IMG/VR virus record: IMGVR_UViG_3300014775_000960 | Location: 1-32,117 of that record | Origin: a virus | Lineage: Duplodnaviria > Caudoviricetes | Reading direction: 5' to 3' (one strand) | DNA: 32,117 bases | In this document: one piece after another, positions 1 to 6,984 of the stretch | Numbering within the stretch: the first letter of the stretch is position 1 | Layout: each line of letters starts with the position of its first letter | Program-made: the position numbers and the translations under genes | The notes under the pieces: generated by a model | Databases searched by the model: none | What the model was told of the DNA's origin: nothing | Seen by the model: the letters and a program-made list of their open reading frames with translations, nothing else

Positions 1-22
1 GTCAGATTGTTTTGACTTGGAA
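1..22. repeat. Terminal direct repeat copy 1 (identical to 32096-32117); circular-assembly overlap
   Basis: gtcagattgttttgacttggaa occurs at both ends, and an ORF reads in frame across the join. Confidence 0.95.
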
Positions 23-161
23 GGTTTGTCTTTGGTTTATGACCCTCGATGACCCAACAACACAGCAAAGCGCGTTCGTATCTTTGGTTACTGCGATGCT
101 TTCAGCATCTTTCGCATTGTGGTTAGGCAAAGAAGCTAAGACAGATAGGGTAAGCGAATGA
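1..161 (+). CDS. 3' part of a 74-aa two-TM membrane protein (holin-like) starting at 32032 across the join
   Basis: Manual translation across the join: MVKITANAIDQLKILPRLAFLCQIVLTWKVCLWFMTLDDPTTQQSAFVSLVTAMLSASFALWLGKEAKTDRVSE*. Two hydrophobic segments; its TGA overlaps the next ATG. Confidence 0.75.
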   Translation, partial: QIVLTWKVCLWFMTLDDPTTQQSAFVSLVTAMLSASFALWLGKEAKTDRVSE

Positions 162-499
162 TTGGTATAGTCAAAAGTATTGCGGGGTTAGCAACAACAA
201 TTATAGATTCAAAAGCTAAAGTAAAAGCTGCTGAAGCTGAGACAAAAATGAAGCTAGCTACTGGTGAAATTAGTTGGGAGCAAGCTGCTATCGAGGCAAG
301 TAAAGACAGCTGGAAAGATGAGTTGTGGACTATTGTTTTTGTTTTGATACTTTGCGCTAATTTTATACCTGCTTTACAAGAGCCTATGAAGCAAGGCTTT
401 GAGAATCTTAAACAATGCCCTGCGTGGGTATCTTGGGGAATGTATGCTTCAATAGCAGCCAGTTTTGGAATCCGAACAATGAGAGGTTTTGGAAAATGA
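158..499 (+). CDS. Holin-like membrane protein (3TM/GTA-holin type)
   Basis: SWKDE motif followed by hydrophobic helices and a C-terminal FGIR; directly upstream of the endolysin. Confidence 0.7.
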   Translation: MIGIVKSIAGLATTIIDSKAKVKAAEAETKMKLATGEISWEQAAIEASKDSWKDELWTIVFVLILCANFIPALQEPMKQGFENLKQCPAWVSWGMYASIAASFGIRTMRGFGK

Positions 500-957
500 C
501 ATACAAGTTAAGCAACAGGTCTTTAGAAAGATTAGAGGGCGTTGATGATAAATTAATAGCATTAGCTAAGTATGCTATAGGAATAACTAAGGTTGATTTT
601 GGGATACCGCATTTAGGTGGACTAAGAACAATGGAGCAACAGCGTGAGTTAGTTAATAAAGGTGCTAGTCAGACTATGAAGTCTAAACATCTTGAAGGTA
701 TTGCAATAGATACTGTTGCTTACATTGGTCCAAGAGTATCTTGGGAATTAAATCTTTATGATGATATTGCTGATGCTATGAAGCAATCAGCTAATGATCT
801 TGGAATTAAAATTCGTTGGGGTGCAGCTTGGCATATAGATTCTATTGGTGATTATGAAGGTACAATGGAAGATGCAATGAATGAGTACATCGATCTTCGA
901 AGGTCGCAAGGTAAGAGACCTTTCATCGATGCACCACATTACGAGTTAAGCGTTTAG
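496..957 (+). CDS. Endolysin, peptidase M15 family (L-Ala-D-Glu endopeptidase type)
   Basis: Motifs GLRTxEQQ, SKHLxGxAxD and FIDAPHYEL; start moved to MTYKLS (ATGA overlap at 496-499). Confidence 0.88.
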   Translation: MTYKLSNRSLERLEGVDDKLIALAKYAIGITKVDFGIPHLGGLRTMEQQRELVNKGASQTMKSKHLEGIAIDTVAYIGPRVSWELNLYDDIADAMKQSANDLGIKIRWGAAWHIDSIGDYEGTMEDAMNEYIDLRRSQGKRPFIDAPHYELSV

Positions 958-1110
958 AACATCGTCCAAAACTTGACGCGCTGATCTCATGGCTTTTCTT
1001 TGTTTTCTAGAATAGCCACCATACTCAGTGTCGCCATCGTTAGCTACCCAAGCATCATAGCCATGTAACAACATTTCTATTTCATCTTCAGTAAGCTTTA
1101 CTGTTTTCAT
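946..1110 (-). CDS. Hypothetical protein, 54 aa (not in ORF track)
   Basis: MKTVKLTEDEIEMLLHGYDAWVANDGDTEYGGYSRKQRKAMRSARQVLDDVLNA*; ATGA-coupled to 1107-1424. Confidence 0.7.
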   Translation of the reverse strand: MKTVKLTEDEIEMLLHGYDAWVANDGDTEYGGYSRKQRKAMRSARQVLDDVLNA

Positions 1111-1424
1111 TGGTCACTCCATCTTGATTTATATTTCTGAACACTGCTTACGCTAACGCCAACTATTTTTGCAGTTGAAGAGGCGCACCATCCTCTAGCT
1201 AAAAAATATCCTATGTCAGAGATTTCTTTTTTGGTTAGCTTTGAGTTGCGCCATCCATCACCTTTAGTTATTGGCGGTGGTTTGCTTGGTGATGGCGGAT
1301 TTTGTTTCATGTGTGGGTCAATGTGGGATTTTTTTCTGCCATTGAGTGAGAAGCGTTTTGAAAATCTGTTATTAATTTTTTTTGCTTCTTCAGCCATTTT
1401 TTTTCCGAGTTGTTCTTCAGTCAT
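1107..1424 (-). CDS. Protein with C-terminal helix-turn-helix
   Basis: LTKKEISDIGYFLARGWCASSTAKIVGVSVSSVQKYK fits an HTH pattern; SD-like GGTGAG upstream. Confidence 0.65.
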   Translation of the reverse strand: MTEEQLGKKMAEEAKKINNRFSKRFSLNGRKKSHIDPHMKQNPPSPSKPPPITKGDGWRNSKLTKKEISDIGYFLARGWCASSTAKIVGVSVSSVQKYKSRWSDQ

Positions 1425-1434
1425 TTTTTTGTTC

Positions 1435-1641
1435 TCACCAAGGTCTTATTTTTGGTTTAATTAATTGTGATATGACCTCGCTAACATCACAATAACCTTC
1501 TTGTGCATTGATTTGATCGTAGAGTGTGTTGTTATTTAATAGCACTTTCCAACAATCTTCTTCACTTGGAAACCAAATGCTAACGTACATTGTTTGTTCG
1601 AGTACATTGTATCCAAGTGTAAGTAGAGTCCAGTATTCCAT
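1435..1641 (-). CDS. Hypothetical phage protein
   Basis: ORF in the early operon with AAGG upstream. Confidence 0.65.
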   Translation of the reverse strand: MEYWTLLTLGYNVLEQTMYVSIWFPSEEDCWKVLLNNNTLYDQINAQEGYCDVSEVISQLIKPKIRPW

Positions 1642-1651
1642 TTTATACCTT

Positions 1652-1680
1652 TAAAAAAAGCTAGCCCCGAAAGGCTAGCT
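1652..1680 (-). terminator. Rho-independent terminator after the recombination/SSB operon
   Basis: Minus strand reads AGCTAGCC-TTTCGG-GGCTAGCT followed by a T run. Confidence 0.85.
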
Positions 1681-1739
1681 AGTTAAACAGAGGATTTAGT
1701 CTCAAAACAGGCAGTGTTTTTCCTCTGTGGAGAACGTTT

Positions 1740-2078
1740 CTAAAACGGTATGTCTTTGTTACCGCTTTTTTGTTCTGTTACTTCAAGTGATAGATATGGC
1801 GCACCGTCCTTTTCTTTCTGCCAAGCTGCTAGTCTTTGCTTGTCACCAAGTGGGCCTGAAAATTTAGGCGCACCTTCTTTTGGATTATCGTTGAGGAATA
1901 ATCTACCGAGTTTGCCGTAAACATCAATAGCTGTTTTGCCATCTCTGGTTTCGTTTGTAATTAATGCTATCTGATGATCTTTGTAATCGATTTGTAACTT
2001 GCCTTGCAAAAATAATTTTTGCTCAGGATAAGGTGTGAAAGCTGCACCTCGATTGTTGTTGTCGTACTGTTCAGCCAT
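1740..2078 (-). CDS. SSB-like protein (DUF736-like) with a DIPF tail
   Basis: APKFSG and RLAAW...PYLSL motifs; C-terminal DIPF typical of SSB tails; follows ERF. Confidence 0.7.
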   Translation of the reverse strand: MAEQYDNNNRGAAFTPYPEQKLFLQGKLQIDYKDHQIALITNETRDGKTAIDVYGKLGRLFLNDNPKEGAPKFSGPLGDKQRLAAWQKEKDGAPYLSLEVTEQKSGNKDIPF

Positions 2079-2548
2079 TATTTAATATCCTTCCATATGT
2101 TGGTTACTGGGCTATTAGACTTATTGTCGCTCGCGCTGCTCTTTGGTGGCGCGCTCGCTAAGTTGCCATCATCATCTTCAGTGGGAAGATTAAGCAATGA
2201 CAATATACCGTAGCGTCTAGCGTATGTAATTGCACCGCCAAGTGCTTGCATATCTTTCTTATGCAGTACGATTGGTATGTCAGTGCTTAGTACCAAGTTC
2301 CTGTCGTCTTGATGTATGATCGATGTTTGGACAAACATACCATGCTCATTGCCAAATGTTCGATGTGTAAGAATAAATCCTGCATCATCTAAAGGGCTAG
2401 TTACTGCCTCTATTACATTATCTAATGTAGCATAGTGGTTTCCAAAGTGAGGGTTCTTACCGTCACGTTTGATAGGCTGTATCTTTTTACGAACCTCTCT
2501 TAGTAGTGTGATAACATTAACTGGTGTATCAGGAAATGCTTTTGCCAT
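2078..2548 (-). CDS. erf: ERF-family single-strand annealing protein
   Basis: KNPHFGNHYATLD and QALGGAITYARRY...EDDDG signature motifs. Confidence 0.92.
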   Translation of the reverse strand: MAKAFPDTPVNVITLLREVRKKIQPIKRDGKNPHFGNHYATLDNVIEAVTSPLDDAGFILTHRTFGNEHGMFVQTSIIHQDDRNLVLSTDIPIVLHKKDMQALGGAITYARRYGILSLLNLPTEDDDGNLASAPPKSSASDNKSNSPVTNIWKDIK

Positions 2549-2569
2549 TGTGTTCTCCTTTCTGGCTGT

Positions 2570-3346
2570 TTAGTTTCTTTTAGTTATTCTTAGGTGTCCG
2601 CGCTTGTCGCGTTTTACCGTGAGGTAATCACAGTAAACCTCTCTCTCATTACTTCCGACCATGTTCTTAAGGTCTTTCTTCGCGTTCTCAAATGTTTTAT
2701 TAGTTTCAAGTCCATTGATGTAGGTGACTGCTGCATCAACGAACATGTTATCAGAAGTCGCATCTCTCTTGACCATTTCATCGACTTCAATGCTGTCCGT
2801 AGAGATACTTGGTGTATCGATACCGATTGGTTCTTCGTCACGTTGAACGTAACCCCAGAAGTCTGATACCACTGCCCACATAGAACTGAAATACTCTTGG
2901 TCGAACGCAACATGCCGTGTACTCCAATCACTGTTACCAAAAATTACTGAAAGATAAGCTCCTTTCGCTTGGGCGAGAGCGGCATACAATTGAATTTGAG
3001 GCATATAATACTCAACCACATCATCCATTTTCCAGAAAGTATTTGTATGTTTGGCTTCAACAACAGATGATTTAGCCCACCAGAACGCATCGATAGTACC
3101 GCGCACTGGCACATTGCCAATGTCTTTCTCATATTCTCTTTGATGATCTGACAGTATGCAACCTTTGTGTTCTTTTTCAAACCAACTTAGATTAAAGTCT
3201 TCAGTTATTGTACCTAGTTGCACTGCTAGATTGTTTGTCAAATCTTCTGGCAATTCTCTACCAGTTTTAATTTGCCATAGTTCGAGCCAGTTACCTTGCA
3301 TTATTTTTACACAATCACTGCCTCCAATAAATCCTTTACGATTCAT
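2570..3346 (-). CDS. YqaJ-like viral recombinase / lambda-exonuclease family nuclease
   Basis: RKGFIGGSD, IDA...VEAKHT and YYMPQIQLY motifs; adjacent to ERF. Confidence 0.88.
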   Translation of the reverse strand: MNRKGFIGGSDCVKIMQGNWLELWQIKTGRELPEDLTNNLAVQLGTITEDFNLSWFEKEHKGCILSDHQREYEKDIGNVPVRGTIDAFWWAKSSVVEAKHTNTFWKMDDVVEYYMPQIQLYAALAQAKGAYLSVIFGNSDWSTRHVAFDQEYFSSMWAVVSDFWGYVQRDEEPIGIDTPSISTDSIEVDEMVKRDATSDNMFVDAAVTYINGLETNKTFENAKKDLKNMVGSNEREVYCDYLTVKRDKRGHLRITKRN

Positions 3347-3521
3347 TATCTTGTACCTCTTTTACACTTAGTACTTCAAAATCTTTTGAGTGATCATAGC
3401 CAACATCATCTCTTAGATCCATCAATGCAACAGATTCCACAAGGTCTGGATCATTGCATTCAACATGATATGTCATTCTAAAAGTTTCACACGGCACAAA
3501 TGTGACTTCATAATTAGCCAT
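3336..3521 (-). CDS. Small acidic hypothetical protein (61 aa)
   Basis: Start moved to MANYEV, behind the AGGAGAAC SD at 3526-3533. Confidence 0.7.
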   Translation of the reverse strand: MANYEVTFVPCETFRMTYHVECNDPDLVESVALMDLRDDVGYDHSKDFEVLSVKEVQDNES

Positions 3522-3630
3522 TTTAGTTCTCCTTTTTTGTGAGGGGTTCTTGGGAAACCTCCCCCTCGTTAAGGCTTTACAGGTCAAAAAGGATAAACCC
3601 TTCCCAAGAATTTGTTTGTTTATAACAACT

Positions 3631-3659
3631 TATTTACTGCATATAAGCAGCATTGTCAA
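3631..3659 (-). promoter_or_regulatory. Sigma70-like promoter with a palindromic operator in the spacer
   Basis: TTGACA (3659-3654), 17 bp, TAAATA; TGCTGC-TTATAT-GCAGTA palindrome at 3635-3652. Confidence 0.7.
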
Positions 3660-3895
3660 TAGTTGTCACCTAAATAATTTTTGAAATCTTGTTCTGTGAT
3701 GTCAGTAGTTTCGAGCAAGCGTTGTTTACCTCTGCCTCGAAGATGATACTCACCCACTGATTGGCCTCGTTTGATTTGGTTGGCAATCATTTGGTCAGAG
3801 GTAGGTAGCTTGTTGTAAAATACTTTTTTCATGTCACGCGCTACATGTTTGTTATTTAATGCAGCTTGAACTTTGTTCATCCAATCATCAGTCAT
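3656..3895 (-). CDS. Hypothetical protein
   Basis: ORF overlapping its upstream neighbour in the early operon. Confidence 0.65.
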   Translation of the reverse strand: MTDDWMNKVQAALNNKHVARDMKKVFYNKLPTSDQMIANQIKRGQSVGEYHLRGRGKQRLLETTDITEQDFKNYLGDNY

Positions 3896-4097
3896 CTAAC
3901 TCGCCAGATTTGTAATAGTAAGTAATGTACTTATCATTTTCCATGCGTCTGTAAGATTCTATTGGAAAGCCTTCTTGTTTTAGGTCATAGATTCTAGCAG
4001 CTAATCGCATCGACTTGATCCATCGAAGGGCATCGAGTGCAGATATGTGCGAGCCTCTATTTAATATTTCTTTCAGTTGTTTTGTTTGGGATTCCAT
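3888..4097 (-). CDS. Winged helix-turn-helix protein (HTH_39-like)
   Basis: ISALDAL...MRLAARIYDLKQEGFPI pattern; GGAGAAC SD. Confidence 0.8.
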   Translation of the reverse strand: MESQTKQLKEILNRGSHISALDALRWIKSMRLAARIYDLKQEGFPIESYRRMENDKYITYYYKSGELDD

Positions 4098-4416
4098 TGT
4101 TGTTCTCCATTAGTTGTTGGAATGTATCGCCATCCATGATGACTAGTGTTTGCGGAGTTCCTTTCCGTCTTTTATAAAATGCTATGTCTCGTCCTTCGAG
4201 GACTGAGAACGGGTTGGGAAATTTTGATTTATCTCTGTATTTAACTTCTCCCACAAGTTCAGTGTTGTTGATTTGGAGTTTAATGTCTCCAGAATATTCT
4301 CCTCCCAGACTTCCAGAGAGGGGTTGTCTTTTGGCTTTGATGCCGATGATTTTGTTGAGCCATTCGACGAACCACTTTTCATGATAGGTTCCTTTCGATT
4401 TGTTTCGGTTGGGCAT
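4057..4416 (-). CDS. Hjc-like PD-(D/E)xK Holliday junction resolvase
   Basis: KSKGTYHE, SGDI and GEVK motifs. Confidence 0.8.
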   Translation of the reverse strand: MPNRNKSKGTYHEKWFVEWLNKIIGIKAKRQPLSGSLGGEYSGDIKLQINNTELVGEVKYRDKSKFPNPFSVLEGRDIAFYKRRKGTPQTLVIMDGDTFQQLMENNNGIPNKTTERNIK

Positions 4417-4559
4417 AATTCTTTTAGCTCTCTTTCATAACAATTAATGCAGTAAAAATTGCATGGTTCTGTCGAGCCTTTTGGATTATCCTTAAGTATT
4501 GCAACGAAGTTGTATGCTTTTTGTTTACAAGTTAAGCAGTAAATAGATTTTCGTTTCAA
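4182..4559 (-). CDS. Zn-finger protein (CxxC...CxxC) with a tail overlapping the resolvase
   Basis: CLTC and CINC motifs; ATGA-coupled to the upstream HTH gene. Confidence 0.55.
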   Translation of the reverse strand: MKRKSIYCLTCKQKAYNFVAILKDNPKGSTEPCNFYCINCYERELKELCPTETNRKEPIMKSGSSNGSTKSSASKPKDNPSLEVWEENILETLNSKSTTLNLWEKLNTEINQNFPTRSQSSKDET

Positions 4560-4801
4560 TATCTATAGACTCTTTTTCGTGTGATAGTAGGATGTCCTTT
4601 GCGTTCTAAATATTTATCACGTTTGATTTTTTCATCAACGGCCTTAAAGATCTTCAAAGCGGTCTCATACCTTAGTTCTGTTGCATTATTTATTGTACGA
4701 TAATAAGTACTGGTTGGTATATCTGCTACCCGAAATGCTTCTTTGAGTTCTACATTTCGGGAAGCAGCATATTCTGTTATAGTATCAAGATAACTTTTCA
4801 T
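4556..4801 (-). CDS. Cro/XRE-like HTH transcriptional regulator, probably leaderless
   Basis: LKEAFRVADIPTSTYYRTINNATELRYETALKI HTH; start moved to MKSYLD, just downstream of the promoter, with no SD. Confidence 0.78.
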   Translation of the reverse strand: MKSYLDTITEYAASRNVELKEAFRVADIPTSTYYRTINNATELRYETALKIFKAVDEKIKRDKYLERKGHPTITRKRVYRY

Positions 4802-4961
4802 GCTGCGAATATGCAGCAGAATCATTTAAAGTGTCAACTACTTTATTACAATTAGGACAAGGAATAATCTCTGCCCAAGTGTAATAAATTTTTCCGTTTG
4901 GATAATGTAAGTGGTGCCAATCTTTTATTTGAGAATGATTGTTGCAATAATCACAATTCAT
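4785..4961 (-). CDS. Small Zn-ribbon protein, 58 aa (not in ORF track)
   Basis: MNCDYCNNHSQIKDWHHLHYPNGKIYYTWAEIIPCPNCNKVVDTLNDSAAYSQHEKLS*; GGAGA upstream. Confidence 0.7.
   Translation of the reverse strand: MNCDYCNNHSQIKDWHHLHYPNGKIYYTWAEIIPCPNCNKVVDTLNDSAAYSQHEKLS
4801..4837 (-). promoter_or_regulatory. Sigma70-like promoter with a palindromic operator over -10/+1
   Basis: TTGACA (4837-4832), 18 bp, CATATT, 6 nt, ATG; TGCTGC-GAATAT-GCAGCA at 4801-4818. Confidence 0.72.
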
Positions 4962-5118
4962 TTTCTATCTCTCCGTGTCCATCACATTCCTCACATGTGA
5001 CTAGTTTTTCATCGAAGAAACCACCATTGACGTAATCTACAACAGGTACATCAATGTAGTATTCACCAATACCTTCACAGTTCTTACAAGTTACTTGATT
5101 AGATTCTGTACTCGACAT
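4951..5118 (-). CDS. DnaJ-type Zn-finger mini-protein, 55 aa (not in ORF track)
   Basis: Two CxxCxGxG repeats: CKNCEGIG and CEECDGHG. Confidence 0.78.
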   Translation of the reverse strand: MSSTESNQVTCKNCEGIGEYYIDVPVVDYVNGGFFDEKLVTCEECDGHGEIENEL

Positions 5119-5366
5119 TCCTTATCTTCTTTCATTTGCAAATACACTTTGTTGATAAACTTTTTTAGCTTTTCAACTTCTTCCATACTGTAAGAATGTA
5201 ATGTACCTTTCTTAAAATCTGGATGATGTATTCTTAGATAAAGTTTTTCAGGATGAGTGTCCGCATATTCAAGAACCATGTAACGTTCTTTTAGTTTATG
5301 TTCATCGTCAAGATAAATTCTATCTATATGCAGTGTTTGAGAAGCAGACATTTTTTTTTCTGTCAT
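5091..5366 (-). CDS. Hypothetical protein
   Basis: Likely start MTEKKM, ATGA-coupled to the DUF932 gene with GAGG SD. Confidence 0.65.
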   Translation of the reverse strand: MTEKKMSASQTLHIDRIYLDDEHKLKERYMVLEYADTHPEKLYLRIHHPDFKKGTLHSYSMEEVEKLKKFINKVYLQMKEDKECRVQNLIK

Positions 5367-6235
5367 AGTATTACCTCTTGTTCTAGTTTTTGCCATGCTG
5401 CTGAGTTTAGTGCATTTTCAACAGCACCCTCACGTTGGAAAGCAGTGATGTGAGGCGATCTACTGTCCTCTGAGGTGTGGGTAGACCAATATGTAAGGCA
5501 GTTGTACAATGCCCACAAATTGGGGCCTAAATGGCGGCTCTCGTTAGAATAAATACCTAACAATTTTTCAAGCTGCTTCTCATTTGTCTTGGTGATGCCG
5601 CGCTGTCTGGTGAAAGCTTTAGCGACTGTAGCTTTGAAGAATGATTCTACATCTTCCTGTTCTACTTTGGTGCGTGTCCAAGTTGCCCATCGATCACGAT
5701 TGCTGATGAATGTTTCCAAACCCAACTTTATTTTGTTGGCACTACCTTCAATATTGATTGATGTAGTATGTTTGTATTTAGAAGTAGCAATAGCTAAACC
5801 AGATACCATACCGTTTTTGCATAGTAGTCTGTAACCTTTACTCTTTTGTAAGAAACTCCAAGACGCATCGTAACTGTTCATGAAGTCAACTCTGAAGTTT
5901 ACAATGTCACCAACTTCTGCTGAATATTTGTTTTCGATATACAAGTCGCGGAAATGTACAGTGCCGCGCATTTTAGCACCGTTGTCATACACTTCTGGTA
6001 TTATCTCATAATCTTTAGATACATCAGATTGAATTACAGCATCTTCGATTGAGTTTACTACATCGTCGTGTAGTACTGGTTTGTATGATCTACCATGTAC
6101 GCCTAGAACTTCATTAGTATCTGTGCGTATGATCTGTTGACTGTTTGGTAATAACTCACCAGTTACAGCGTTGGGCGTTGGAAAAACTTCTATTGGAAAG
6201 TTCCAAGGTTTTTCTTGAGGTAATGCGTCAAACAT
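5363..6235 (-). CDS. DUF932/DUF945-family protein
   Basis: IRTDTNEVLGVHGRSYKPVLH, NSYDAS, RLLCKNG and NLWALYNCLTYWSTH motifs; start moved to MFDALP behind AGGAGAAC. Confidence 0.85.
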   Translation of the reverse strand: MFDALPQEKPWNFPIEVFPTPNAVTGELLPNSQQIIRTDTNEVLGVHGRSYKPVLHDDVVNSIEDAVIQSDVSKDYEIIPEVYDNGAKMRGTVHFRDLYIENKYSAEVGDIVNFRVDFMNSYDASWSFLQKSKGYRLLCKNGMVSGLAIATSKYKHTTSINIEGSANKIKLGLETFISNRDRWATWTRTKVEQEDVESFFKATVAKAFTRQRGITKTNEKQLEKLLGIYSNESRHLGPNLWALYNCLTYWSTHTSEDSRSPHITAFQREGAVENALNSAAWQKLEQEVIL

Positions 6236-6458
6236 TTTGTTCTCCTTTTGCATGACAGATTGCGTAACAGCCATTGTATTTTCCATTGGCTTGCCAGACA
6301 TGAAGGTTTTCTAACCTTTTGTCTTCAAGCTCTTTCCAAGCTTCTTTCATAGCTGCTTTTTTACTTTTGTGCTTGGTTGATAATACATAGATTGATGAAT
6401 CGCTTTCTTTGCTGAACCACCAACTACTTTTTCTTTTAAACACTTTCCCTATTCTCAT
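6228..6458 (-). CDS. Hypothetical protein
   Basis: ORF with GGAGA SD, tightly packed in the operon. Confidence 0.65.
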   Translation of the reverse strand: MRIGKVFKRKSSWWFSKESDSSIYVLSTKHKSKKAAMKEAWKELEDKRLENLHVWQANGKYNGCYAICHAKGEQNV

Positions 6459-6725
6459 TTAATTATCTCCATCGATGTGTTTCATTACATCGTACAGTGC
6501 ATTGATTAATGAGTTTGGTGACTCATTGTAATAAACAATAAACATATCGTCATCAGTTCCTTCAGGGAAAACACCTATTTCCATAGTGGTTAATGGTTCA
6601 CCGTGGTCGTCCTTTCCATGTACATGTTGTGCAATAGAAATGATTCTTTTGTTGTACATTAAAGTTACTGTATTAAATCTCGATTTTCGTTCCAAAATGT
6701 CATTTGGTAAACTTGATGGTCGCAT
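6459..6725 (-). CDS. Hypothetical protein
   Basis: Start moved to MRPSSL behind AGGAGAAC (6731-6738). Confidence 0.65.
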   Translation of the reverse strand: MRPSSLPNDILERKSRFNTVTLMYNKRIISIAQHVHGKDDHGEPLTTMEIGVFPEGTDDDMFIVYYNESPNSLINALYDVMKHIDGDN

Positions 6726-6772
6726 ACTTCGTTCTCCTTTCAGTTGTACGAATCTCACCGTAGTAGTCCATG

Positions 6773-6984
6773 CTATAGGTGGGGGCGCTCCGCAAGGAGC
6801 GCGAGTTTGGAAGGTTTGGAAACCTTATGAAAGGTTTCCATTGCACGGTGTAAGCCGTGCGGTTTTGGTCAAGCTTTTTTAAAAGCTTGTGGCATGCGCG
6901 GGTGGGCGGGTGGAGCATGCCACGACCCGAGGATGCCTGGCTGCAGCGAAGCGGAAGCCAAGCCCCGCAGGGTCTCCTATAGGT
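6773..6984 (+). other. Structured non-coding element A: six-hairpin multiloop (ncRNA or ssDNA origin signal)
   Basis: Hairpins at 6785-6802, 6817-6840, 6841-6862, 6870-6889, 6889-6923 and 6924-6974, closed by CTATAGG/CCTATAG; GNRA loops and G-T pairs on the + strand. Confidence 0.7.

Noticed and set aside
1-22. 22-nt terminal repeat as a biological terminal repeat or att site
   Set aside because: It lies mid-gene and has k-mer-like length; best explained as circular assembly overlap
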